DNA of 64,000 nucleotides from Vulcanimicrobiota bacterium (GTDB lineage Bacteria; Vulcanimicrobiota; Vulcanimicrobiia; Vulcanimicrobiales; Vulcanimicrobiaceae): NCBI GenBank assembly GCA_963695225.1, contig OY968762.1, positions 1,024,001 to 1,088,000 of the forward strand, read 5' to 3'. Shown piece by piece: positions 53,834 to 63,010 of this stretch (position 1 is its first letter; each line of letters starts with the position of its first letter). The notes under the pieces were generated by a model. It saw only the letters and a program-made list of their open reading frames with translations, ran no database searches and was not told where the DNA came from. The position numbers and the translations under genes were made by a program.

Positions 53834-55216
53834 ATGGCCACTTTCGACCAGTCGAGACCCTTGCGAGTCGGGATCGTCGGCTCGGGCCCCTCGGGGCTCT
53901 TCCTTGCCGACGCTCTGTTGAAGACGAGCGGCGTCCCCGTCAGCATCGACGTCATCGAGCGGTTACCGACGCCGTACGGACTCGTGCGCTACGGCGTCGC
54001 GCCGGATCACGCCAAGATCAAATCCGTGATTGCTAGTTTCAAGAAGATCCTCGAAGACGAGCGCGTGCGCTTCATCGGAAACGTCCGCTTCGGAAGCGAC
54101 CTGACGCTTTCGGATGCACAGCGTTTCTACGACGTCATCGCGTACGCGGTCGGCGCCTCCGCAGACCGCTCCCTCAACATTCCCGGCGAGGAACTGACGG
54201 GCAACCTCTCCGCTACCGAATTCGTCGCATGGTACAGCGGGCATCCGGACCACGCGAATCGCGACGATATCGCGCTTGGGGCAAGCGGCGTTGCGGTCAT
54301 CGGCGTAGGAAACGTCGCGATCGACGTCGCGCGCATCTTGGCGAAGCACGTCGACGAACTGCGCTCGACGGACATCCCCGAGCAGGTGCTCGAAGTGCTG
54401 GCGGCGAGCAACGTGCGCGACGTGTACCTGATCGGACGGCGCGGCCCTGCGCAGGCGAAGTTCACGACGAAAGAATTGCGCGAGCTCGGCGAGCTGCTGC
54501 ACGCCGACGTCGTCGTCTCTCCGGAGGATCTCGAGCTCGATGCGGCGAGCGCGGCGGCCATCGAAAAGCAGCCGCTGCTCCAGCGCAACCTCGAGGTGCT
54601 GCGCGAGTTCGCCGGACGGCCGCCGAGCGGGCGCCCGCGCCGCCTGCACCTGCGCTTCCTCGCTTCCCCCGTGCGCATCACGGGCGAGGATTCAGTCGCC
54701 GGAATCGTGCTCGAGCGCAATCGCATCGACGAGAACGAGAACGCCGTCGGCCTCGGCGTCCACGAAGAGATCCCCGTGCAAATGGTGCTGCGCGCAGTCG
54801 GTTACCGCGGGCTCCCGGTGCCCGGCATCCCCTTCGATACGAAGCGGCACGTGATTCCGAACTCGAGCGGCCGCGTGCTCGACGAAGCCGGCGCGCCCTT
54901 GCCGGGCCAATACGTCACCGGCTGGATCAAACGCGGACCGACGGGCGTGATCGGGACGAACAAGGCTGATTCCGCCGAGACGGCCCGCGCGATCGTCGAG
55001 GACATCCCGGCGCTCCCGCTCGCGCCCGAGCCGAGCCCCGCCGCCGTCGACCGCTTCCTCCAAGAGCGCAGCGTGCAGCCCGTGCTCTGGGAGCACTGGC
55101 TCGAAATCGATCGCCACGAGATCGCGCTGGGCCAGGAGCTTGGGCGCGAGCGTTCCAAGGTGACGACGTACGACGCGATCCTCGCGGCTCACGCCGAGCG
55201 ATCGGGCGTCTCGTAA
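53834..55216 (+). CDS. Ferredoxin/adrenodoxin-NADP reductase (FprA-like)
   Basis: VGSGPSG, PYGLVRYGVAPDH, IGVGNVAIDVAR, GRRGPAQAKFT, GWIKRGPTGVIGTNK. Start refined to ATG 53834. Confidence 0.92.
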   Translation: MATFDQSRPLRVGIVGSGPSGLFLADALLKTSGVPVSIDVIERLPTPYGLVRYGVAPDHAKIKSVIASFKKILEDERVRFIGNVRFGSDLTLSDAQRFYDVIAYAVGASADRSLNIPGEELTGNLSATEFVAWYSGHPDHANRDDIALGASGVAVIGVGNVAIDVARILAKHVDELRSTDIPEQVLEVLAASNVRDVYLIGRRGPAQAKFTTKELRELGELLHADVVVSPEDLELDAASAAAIEKQPLLQRNLEVLREFAGRPPSGRPRRLHLRFLASPVRITGEDSVAGIVLERNRIDENENAVGLGVHEEIPVQMVLRAVGYRGLPVPGIPFDTKRHVIPNSSGRVLDEAGAPLPGQYVTGWIKRGPTGVIGTNKADSAETARAIVEDIPALPLAPEPSPAAVDRFLQERSVQPVLWEHWLEIDRHEIALGQELGRERSKVTTYDAILAAHAERSGVS

Positions 55217-56700
55217 CGCGGCAGGCGCACGCTCACCTGCGCTCCTCCGCCGTCTCGATTCGCGAGTGCGAGCGAACCGCCCATAGCGGCGACGCTCGCG
55301 TGCGCGATCGCCAACCCGAGGCCGGTTCCGTGTCCGCGCGTACGCGACGTATCGTCCCGCCAGAACCGCTCGGTCGCGTGGCGGAGCGCCTGCGGCGTGA
55401 ACCCCGGACCGTCGTCCGCCACCTCGAAGACGGCAAACCCGTTCTCCTGCGCAACGCGAATTTCGACGCGACCGCCTTCCCGCGCAAATTTCAGCGCGTT
55501 GTGCAGCAGCGCGACGGCGACTCGCGAGAACGCCGCGGCATCCCCGGCCGCCATCGTGCCCGGCGTTATCGCGCGCTCGATAGCGATACGCCGGGCCGTC
55601 GCCAGGACGCTCATCCGGTCGGCGGCCCCGGCCGCCGACCGGGCGACGTCGACGGGTTCGGAGCGTGAGATCGTGTTCTCGGCGCGCGCGATGGCGAGTA
55701 GGTCGCGCGTGACCGCTTCGAGCGCGTCGGCTTCGGCGAGGATCGTCTCCAGCGCGCGACGGTATTCCGCGGGATTCCGTTCGCGCAGCAAGGCGTAATC
55801 CGCCGACGCACGCAGCACCGCCAGCGGCGCGCGCAATTCGTGGGAGGCATCGCTCGTGAAGCGCCGCTCTCGAATGAACGACGATTGCAGGCGATCGAGC
55901 ATGCGGTCGAAGGCCTCTGCCAAGCGGCCGAGTTCGTCTCTCGTCCGGGGCGCGCCGATGCGCCGCGACAGATCCTTCGCTTCGATCTCGGAGGCGATGT
56001 CCGCCATCCTATGGAGCGGGCGCAAGCCTTCACGCACGATCGCGTTCCCGCCCAAGAGCCCGAGCAACGCGACGAGCGGAATCGCGAGCCCGAACACCAG
56101 CAACAACTGCTTGTCGAGCAACTCGTCGACGTCGCGCCCGCGCCAAACCACCACGATGCCCCCGGGCCGGCGGCCGGCAACCGGAGCGGCGGCGAGGCGA
56201 TAATACCGGTCGCCCTCGCTCCCATCGGTCAGCACAAGCGTGCTCGGCGGCGCCTGCGCGAACCGCTTCACCGCGGCGGGGATCGAGACTGCGGTCGCCG
56301 CGAGGAGCGAGCCGCCCGGGGCAAAGATCGCCGCGTTCTGGCCGAGGCCGACCAACTGTCCGAGTTGGGATTGTGCGGCATCGCGCAGCCGTCGCGCCCG
56401 GTGCGCGGGATCTTCGCGTGGGAAAGGCACGGGCGGCCCTTCGAATGCCCGATGCTCGCCCTCGCCGTCCTGGTGTTCGAAGTTCACGCGGCCCGGCTCG
56501 GCGGGGAACGGCCGCTCGCGATCGTGCTGGGCCGCAAGGGAGAGCGCGCGCGCCGTCGTCTCGAGTTCTCGATCGAGTGCGCGGCGCTGGATCTGATCGA
56601 CCGTCAGCAAGACGGCCGCGGCGAAGACGACGAGCGTGACGACGAGCGTCGCCACGTACGCCAGCGTCAGCCGGCCACGCAAACTCCTCGGATCAAACAC
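55189..56700 (-). CDS. Two-component sensor histidine kinase (2 TM, HAMP, HisKA, HATPase)
   Basis: DASHELRAPL, LLHNALKF, DDGPG, GTGLGLAI. Confidence 0.93.
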   Translation of the reverse strand: MFDPRSLRGRLTLAYVATLVVTLVVFAAAVLLTVDQIQRRALDRELETTARALSLAAQHDRERPFPAEPGRVNFEHQDGEGEHRAFEGPPVPFPREDPAHRARRLRDAAQSQLGQLVGLGQNAAIFAPGGSLLAATAVSIPAAVKRFAQAPPSTLVLTDGSEGDRYYRLAAAPVAGRRPGGIVVVWRGRDVDELLDKQLLLVFGLAIPLVALLGLLGGNAIVREGLRPLHRMADIASEIEAKDLSRRIGAPRTRDELGRLAEAFDRMLDRLQSSFIRERRFTSDASHELRAPLAVLRASADYALLRERNPAEYRRALETILAEADALEAVTRDLLAIARAENTISRSEPVDVARSAAGAADRMSVLATARRIAIERAITPGTMAAGDAAAFSRVAVALLHNALKFAREGGRVEIRVAQENGFAVFEVADDGPGFTPQALRHATERFWRDDTSRTRGHGTGLGLAIAHASVAAMGGSLALANRDGGGAQVSVRLPRYETPDRSA

Positions 56701-57376
56701 GAGCGCCGGGCGGAGCGAACCGGTAGCCGGCGCCGCGCACCGTTTCGATCGGCGAGGCTTCCCCGCCGGCCGTGAGTTTGGAGCGGAGCCGCGCGACGTA
56801 GACTTCGATCAGATTCGAACTCGTGTCGCGATCGCGCTCCCAGAGCGCATCTTCGAGCATCGTTCGCGTCAGCACGATGCCGGGGTTGCGCATCAAGTAT
56901 TCGAGGAATGCGAGTTCGCGCGCGGTCAGCGAGATCTCGCGCGAGCCGCGCTTCACCCGCCGCGTTACCGGATCCATCTCCATATCGCCCACGCGCAGGA
57001 CGGTGCGGACGGGAGCCGATTCGCGCCGCGTCAGGGCCCGCAGCCGCGCGTTGAGCTCTTTGAAGGCGAACGGCTTGCGCAGGTAATCGTCGGCGCCGGC
57101 ATCGAGGCCGCCGACCGTATCCTCGACGGTATCGAGGGCCGTCAGCATCAGGATCGGCGTGCTGACGCCCTCGGCGCGGAGTTGCCGTGCGACGGCGAAT
57201 CCGTCTTTGCGCGGCAACATGACGTCGAGGAGGATCACGTCGTACGCGCCGCTTCCGCCGGCGATCGCGCCGCTCTCTCCGTCGTTCTCAACGTCGACGA
57301 CGTGCCCGTCCTCGCCGAGCCCGCGAGCGAGCAGGTCCGCCAATAACGCGTCGTCTTCGATGATCAAAACCTTCAT
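56693..57376 (-). CDS. OmpR/PhoB-family response regulator
   Basis: IIEDD, LLDVMLP, LTA, KPF, TVRGAGYRF. Confidence 0.95.
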   Translation of the reverse strand: MKVLIIEDDALLADLLARGLGEDGHVVDVENDGESGAIAGGSGAYDVILLDVMLPRKDGFAVARQLRAEGVSTPILMLTALDTVEDTVGGLDAGADDYLRKPFAFKELNARLRALTRRESAPVRTVLRVGDMEMDPVTRRVKRGSREISLTARELAFLEYLMRNPGIVLTRTMLEDALWERDRDTSSNLIEVYVARLRSKLTAGGEASPIETVRGAGYRFAPPGARV

Positions 57377-57438
57377 GCTCGCTCGCAGGCTCCCCCCGTC
57401 TCGCCGGCGCCGGAGCGCTCATCCCGAGCCTAGGTGAT

Positions 57439-59007
57439 TCACATGAACGATGCGTGAACGTACTCCTCGGCCTGCTCGATGCGTGAAAGCACCCAATCGA
57501 ACTTCCCGCTCGTGACCGCGGCGGAGCAATAGCGGCACTCTCCGACCTGGTTCACTTGCAGCGGCGCGCCGCAGTTCGGGCAATGCTTATCCAAGAGATC
57601 CGCACCTCCGCTGCGCGCGTCGACCGAACGTTGGAACGTCCAGAACTCGACGAACCCCCGGGGCGTGCGGTCGCCGAAGACGATCCGCCCGCTCGTTTCG
57701 TCGACCTCGTAATCCGCGCAGGTCGCTTCGATGCGCAACGTAACATCGTCGTAGACGCGGCCGTGGGTCACCTTCACCGGGGTCACGCCGTCGACGCGCA
57801 GGCCTTCGAGGACGTTGCGGCGGCGTTCGGCGATCATCTGCTCGAGCTGCGTGCTCCACGCGAGGTAACAGCCCGGGCTCAAGAACGTGCGCGCCGTGTC
57901 GAGGTCGCGGTTCTCCCACGCCTGTTGCAACGCCGTGAACGCTCGCTCGACGCGCGCTAGGAACGCGCCTTCGTCGAAGGCCGGGTCCGCGGCGCGCAGT
58001 TGCGCGAGCCCGGCCGCCGGAGCGAGCACCTCAGTCCCTTCCAGCGCGCCCGCGACGCCGCCGGCGAACGGGGCGGGCGCGATCTGGGTGACGGTCCAAT
58101 CGAAGCGGCCGCTCGCGACCGCGGCGCCGCAGTGATCGCAGGTGCCCGTTTCGCCGATCGCGAGTTCGGCACCGCAGTTCGGGCACTTCTGCGCGAGCAC
58201 GCCGCCCGAGACGACGCTCTTCGTCCCGGCCGCTCGCGCGAACGCCCAGCGTTCGCCGTAACGGCGGTCGTCGCCGTCGTCACGCCGGACGCGCCCGTCG
58301 TCGCCGACCGTCTTCACCCGCGCGACGTAGTCGAAGTGGATAGCGATCTCGTCGCCGGCCGCGGCGTGGCGCACGGCTTCGACGTGCAGGCCGCGCACGT
58401 TGAGATTGTCGTACGCGACGCGCTCGCCCGCGCTGCGGCGGGCGGCCACGTCCGCGGACCAAGTCGCGAACAGGGCCGGCGCGAGATACGCGCGCCCGTC
58501 GGCGCTCTCGCGCCGCTGATAGGCGCGTTTGACGAGGTAGAACGCCATCTCGCAGCGCTGCAGGAACGACTCCATCTCGAAATCGGGGTCCGCCGCACGC
58601 AGGGCCTCGATCCCCGCCTCGACTGACGCAGGAGCGGGCGGAGCGGGCGCCGGGACCGCCGCGGCGCTGCCGTTCGTGCCAAGCGACGGGCCCGGCGCGG
58701 GCGCGCCGTTCGCCTGGTTCGCGAACGCCTTCCACAAGAAGAACGCGACGACCGCAACGGTCAGGAGGATGACGAGCCCGATCGCGACGAGCGTGAAGTC
58801 GAGGGGCGTCCCGGAACCGCCGGATGAGAACCCGCCCGAATGGTAGCCGCCGTACGAATGGAAGCCGCCGCCCGACGAGTGGAAGCCGCCGCCCGACGAA
58901 TGGCCGCCGCCGCCGTGTCCCCCGCCCCCGCCGCGGGCGAGCGCCCACGCCGGGAGGGCGGCGGCGGCCGCCGCAACCGCGACGGCGTCTAGACGCGCGT
59001 GCCGCAT
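57439..59007 (-). CDS. Membrane protein with two tandem Tim44-like domains, each followed by a zinc ribbon
   Basis: Signal peptide, Gly/His/Ser-rich tract, TM, then 2 x (ADP.F....FL.R...AF ... W.F.R ... CPNCGA.L...G.C..C.AAV.SG.FDW). Confidence 0.8.
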   Translation of the reverse strand: MRHARLDAVAVAAAAAALPAWALARGGGGGHGGGGHSSGGGFHSSGGGFHSYGGYHSGGFSSGGSGTPLDFTLVAIGLVILLTVAVVAFFLWKAFANQANGAPAPGPSLGTNGSAAAVPAPAPPAPASVEAGIEALRAADPDFEMESFLQRCEMAFYLVKRAYQRRESADGRAYLAPALFATWSADVAARRSAGERVAYDNLNVRGLHVEAVRHAAAGDEIAIHFDYVARVKTVGDDGRVRRDDGDDRRYGERWAFARAAGTKSVVSGGVLAQKCPNCGAELAIGETGTCDHCGAAVASGRFDWTVTQIAPAPFAGGVAGALEGTEVLAPAAGLAQLRAADPAFDEGAFLARVERAFTALQQAWENRDLDTARTFLSPGCYLAWSTQLEQMIAERRRNVLEGLRVDGVTPVKVTHGRVYDDVTLRIEATCADYEVDETSGRIVFGDRTPRGFVEFWTFQRSVDARSGGADLLDKHCPNCGAPLQVNQVGECRYCSAAVTSGKFDWVLSRIEQAEEYVHASFM

Positions 59008-60077
59008 GCCGGGCAGAACTTGGAACCGGCGGGGATTTCCGCTGCGCAGGCGGTGCAATGCGCCGGCGCCGTCGCGAGTGCGGCTCCGCAATTCGCGCAG
59101 AACTTCGCCCCGGGCCGGCTCGCCGTGCCGCACTGCGCGCAGACGGGGCCGGCTGCGACGGAAGGCTCGGCCGGCTGCGCCGGGGGTGCCGGCGCGTTCG
59201 GCGCCTGCGCGGCGCCCGCGAACAGGTTCGAGAGACCGACGCCGATGCCGAGCAACGCGGCGCTTCCGGCCCCGCTCTCGCCCTTGGCGGCGCCCTCGCC
59301 GATCCCGCGCAGCGCCGCCCCCGCGCCGTACTGCGTGAAGCCGCCGGCGAGTTTCGTATAGCCGACGTCGCGGCGATAGTTCTTGAGCGTCGCCGCATCC
59401 TCGTCGGAGAGCGAAATCGTGAAATTGCCCATCCGGGCGATCTGCACGCCGTACCCCTTGACGTGCTCCTGCACGGCCGCGAGGGTGTCGGCTTCGATCT
59501 CGGCGGTGTGCGCCGCAATCCCGAGGATCGGCCACTGGTTCGCCGTGACGTGCGAGACGACGTCGGTGCGCAGCGTCTTGAGGACCATTTCGCGCATCCA
59601 ATTCGTGATCTGATCGTTCGTCGAGAGGTTCTGCGAACCGACGAGGTTCACGATCAACGCCTGCGGATCGACGACCTTGAGCGAGTACTCGCCGTAAACG
59701 CGCAGGCCGACCGCGAACGACGTCTCGGCATCGACGACGTTGTCGGCGACGCCGCCGAACGGAAGGCCCGGAAACTCGTGCGTCCCGACGAAGTAGATCT
59801 CGGTCTTGAACATGTTCCCGCCGGATGCCGCGTCGACGAGCATCCCGAGGAACGGGATCTGCGAACTGTCGAGCGTGTAGCGACCTGGCCCGAACGTTCC
59901 GGCGACGCGGCCGTCGCGGAAGAAGACCGCGAGTTCGTCCGCCTCGACCGTCAACTGGGCGAACTTGCGAACGGTCTCGTCCGGCCACTTGAAGACGATC
60001 TGGCCTTTCGACGCATCCGGCCGCGCGATGAATTCGCGGCGGACTTCACCCAGGAATTTGTCGGCGAAAAATCCCAT
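58989..60077 (-). CDS. SPFH domain protein with C-terminal double zinc ribbon (YdjI-like)
   Basis: QLTVEADELAVFFRDG...FGPGRYTL...EIYFV...LRVYGEYS; four CxxC motifs at the C-terminus. Confidence 0.85.
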   Translation of the reverse strand: MGFFADKFLGEVRREFIARPDASKGQIVFKWPDETVRKFAQLTVEADELAVFFRDGRVAGTFGPGRYTLDSSQIPFLGMLVDAASGGNMFKTEIYFVGTHEFPGLPFGGVADNVVDAETSFAVGLRVYGEYSLKVVDPQALIVNLVGSQNLSTNDQITNWMREMVLKTLRTDVVSHVTANQWPILGIAAHTAEIEADTLAAVQEHVKGYGVQIARMGNFTISLSDEDAATLKNYRRDVGYTKLAGGFTQYGAGAALRGIGEGAAKGESGAGSAALLGIGVGLSNLFAGAAQAPNAPAPPAQPAEPSVAAGPVCAQCGTASRPGAKFCANCGAALATAPAHCTACAAEIPAGSKFCPACGTRV

Positions 60078-60262
60078 CGGACGTTTCCTCACTCAAGACG
60101 CGCGCTTGGGACGGCACTCTCGAAGTTATCGGCCGCGTGCGACGGCTTCCTGACCGCGTGAGAGTGCGCCCCGACCGCAGAGTACTCGACCTCGCGACGA
60201 ACGTTCCACCACGGCGCAGCGGCCTCCGCCGGCGGCCGCCCCGGATGAAGTAGAATCTGAGC

Positions 60263-60682
60263 ATGTGGATTTGGCCGGCACTACTCTCCGCGCTCTTTGC
60301 AGCAGCTACCGCGATCCTGGCAAAGATCGGCATCGAGGGCGTCAACTCGAACGTCGCGACCGCGGTCCGAACGACGGTGGTCCTGATCTTCGCTTGGACG
60401 ATCGTCGCCGGGCAAGGGCATCTCGCCGATCTCGGCTCGCTCGGCCGCAAGACGTGGTTCTTCCTCGGGCTCTCGGGAATCGCCACGGGCCTCTCGTGGC
60501 TCTTCTACTTCTACGCGCTGAAGATCGGCCCGGTCGCGCGGGTAGCGACCGTCGACAAGCTCTCCCTCGCGCTCACGATCCTGTTGAGCGTCATGATCTT
60601 GCGCGAGCCCGTTAGCGCTCGCGTCCTGCTCGGTGCGGGCCTCATGATCGCCGGGGCGCTGGTTGCTACGCTCCGGTCGTAG
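60263..60682 (+). CDS. Small EamA-family transporter (single repeat)
   Basis: SALFAAATAILAKIG...ATAVRT...GLSWLFYFYALKIG...DKLS. Confidence 0.88.
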   Translation: MWIWPALLSALFAAATAILAKIGIEGVNSNVATAVRTTVVLIFAWTIVAGQGHLADLGSLGRKTWFFLGLSGIATGLSWLFYFYALKIGPVARVATVDKLSLALTILLSVMILREPVSARVLLGAGLMIAGALVATLRS

Positions 60683-60825
60683 GCGGGTGCGGAAGCCGGC
60701 ACCGCCAGCGAGGCTCCGCAAGCGGTGCAACGAGGAGCGGCGAACGGTCGAGCAAGGATATCCGGAGGGGCATCGAGCCACCATGCGGTAGGGTAAGTCA
60801 CTCGAAGCCTGTCGGGAGCAGCCAC

Positions 60826-61878
60826 GTGCGCGGTCAGTTGAGACTCGTCCTCGGTCTTGGAACATTCATCGCCATCGCGTCGTCCATCCATACTTCGAAT
60901 CCCCCGCCGGCCGCGGCCGCCGCGGCGGCCGCGCCGGCTTCGGTGGACGGCAAGGCGATCTTCAACTCGAAGTGCGCCGCGTGCCATCAAACGACGGGCC
61001 TAGGCGGCGGGCCGTATCCTCCACTCGCCGGAAACTCAGCCGTCACCGAGGCCGACACATCGGAGCTGATCGGGACGGTGCTCAACGGGCGCAGCGGCCC
61101 GATCGACGTCGACGGCAAGACGTACAGCGGCGCGATGCCGGTCTGGCGGGGACAGCTTACGAACGCCGAGATCGCCGCCGTCCTCACGTACATCCGCTCG
61201 GCCTGGGGCAACAAGGCCGCAATCGTGACCGAAGATCAGGTCGCCTTCGCGGCAAATCCGCGGGCGCTCAGCGGCCAAGGGATCTTCGTCGCCAAGTGCA
61301 TGACCTGCCATCAAAAGAGCGGCGAAGGTTCGACGGCGTTTCCACCGCTCGACGCGAACCCCGACGTCACCGCAGCGGACCCGAAAGACATGATCGCAAC
61401 GATCGTTAACGGCAAGAAGGGGGCGATCCGCGTGAACGGCATGTCTTACAACGCCGTCATGCCGACGTGGAAGGGGCAACTCTCGAATTCCGACATCGCC
61501 GCCGTCGCGACGTACATTCGTTCCGCGTGGTCGAACAAGGCCGGGCCGGTCACCGAACAGCAAGTAGCCTCCGCCGGTGCATCGGTCCTTTCGACCGTCG
61601 GCGCCTCGGTCTACGGCGCGCGCTGCGCCTCCTGCCACAAGGCGAACGGCGGCGGCGGGCAGGGCGGCATGTTCCCCGCGCTGGCCGGGAATCCGCACGT
61701 GACGTCGCCCGACGCAAAGAGCATGTTGGAGACGATTTCGCACGGACGCAACATGATGCCGTCGTGGAAGGGGCAACTCTCGCCGGGCGACATCGCGGCG
61801 GTCGCGACGTACATTCGCTCCGCGTGGGGGAACGCGGCCGGCCCCGTCACCGAACAAGACGCACAAGCCGTCAAGTAA
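60826..61878 (+). CDS. Exported tri-heme cytochrome c (three tandem class I domains)
   Basis: CAACH, CMTCH and CASCH, each followed by P.L..N, MP.W.GQL and TYIRSAW.N; N-terminal signal/anchor. Confidence 0.92.
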   Translation: MRGQLRLVLGLGTFIAIASSIHTSNPPPAAAAAAAAPASVDGKAIFNSKCAACHQTTGLGGGPYPPLAGNSAVTEADTSELIGTVLNGRSGPIDVDGKTYSGAMPVWRGQLTNAEIAAVLTYIRSAWGNKAAIVTEDQVAFAANPRALSGQGIFVAKCMTCHQKSGEGSTAFPPLDANPDVTAADPKDMIATIVNGKKGAIRVNGMSYNAVMPTWKGQLSNSDIAAVATYIRSAWSNKAGPVTEQQVASAGASVLSTVGASVYGARCASCHKANGGGGQGGMFPALAGNPHVTSPDAKSMLETISHGRNMMPSWKGQLSPGDIAAVATYIRSAWGNAAGPVTEQDAQAVK

Positions 61879-61948
61879 GAGCCGCAGCGCTCGCGCGCCG
61901 TCATTTCGGCACGGGAGAGGCTGCGGCGCACGGCAAACGTTCGAGCGA

Positions 61949-62851
61949 ATGGCTAGTGCGAATTCCCCCTCGCGCGCCGCGGGAGACGTCACGAGCCGGT
62001 GCCCGCTCGAGGGCGGCGGCGCCCTCGTCGTGCGCGGCGAACCCGGCGCCGCGCCGATCCTGTTCTTGCACGGCACCGCCGGCGCGGCATGGTCGTGGGA
62101 ACCGCAGGCGTCCGCGCTTGCGACCGGCAGACGCACGTATGCGTGGGAAGCGCGCGGACACGGTGAGACCGCGCGCGTCGATGACGCGGGCTTGGGCGAC
62201 TATTACGAGGACGCGCTGGAGGCGCTGGAGCACGTCGCACGCGCCGAAGGGAAGGGCGCGATCGTCGCCGGCCATTCGCTTGGCGGGCTGTTCGCACTCG
62301 CGCTCGCGGCCGAGCGCCCGGCGGACGTCGCGGGGCTCTTCCTCGTCGAGCCGGTCTATCTCGCAGGCGCGCCGTCGTTCGGTCCGCTCGGCACGCTCGG
62401 CCCGCTCACGGCATTCGGACCGATGATGCTGCCGTTCATCCTCGCGCTCGCCGAAGGCTTCCGCTACGATTCGCTGTCGGCCCGTGCGTACGCTCGTTGG
62501 GTCTTCGAGATCAGCTTTCACGACCGCAGAGCGATGGAGCGCGCCTGGCCCTTGCAGCGCGCGCAAGTTCCCGTCGAATACCGTCAGATGATGATCGAAC
62601 TCGCCGGCGCCGCGACGCGCTTTCCGCTGCGTCAATTTGCGAAGGAGATCGCGGCGCCCGTGCTCCTCTTGGAAGGGAGCAGCGCTGCGTTCGGATCGCA
62701 CTTTCCAAATCTCGTCGAGCAACTCCGCCGCTTGGGGCCGCGTTTCACGCGACGCGCGATCTCCGGCGGACATTATCTCCAACTCGACAGCGAACCGGCC
62801 GTCACCGCCGAACTTCGCGCTTTCGCAGCGGCGGTCGCGCCCTCGGCGTGA
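61949..62851 (+). CDS. Alpha/beta fold hydrolase
   Basis: LFLHG, RGHG, GHSLGG, GGHYLQ. Confidence 0.87.
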   Translation: MASANSPSRAAGDVTSRCPLEGGGALVVRGEPGAAPILFLHGTAGAAWSWEPQASALATGRRTYAWEARGHGETARVDDAGLGDYYEDALEALEHVARAEGKGAIVAGHSLGGLFALALAAERPADVAGLFLVEPVYLAGAPSFGPLGTLGPLTAFGPMMLPFILALAEGFRYDSLSARAYARWVFEISFHDRRAMERAWPLQRAQVPVEYRQMMIELAGAATRFPLRQFAKEIAAPVLLLEGSSAAFGSHFPNLVEQLRRLGPRFTRRAISGGHYLQLDSEPAVTAELRAFAAAVAPSA

Positions 62852-63010
62852 GTCCGTAGTAACCTGAGCTTTCAACTTCGTCGCTCCGAGCTTGTCGAAC
62901 GACGGCACGTTTATCCTCAGGCCGACATGCGGGATGGTAAGGGGGCTGCTTGGACTTGAGTTGAAAGAAACTTCTGCCCCATGGGGCTATCTTTTCGTTA
63001 AGGGCTCAGC

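Noticed and set aside
58856..58935. GC-rich 21-nt repeats in the Tim44-like gene
   Set aside because: They encode the low-complexity GGGFHS tract and are not an independent element.
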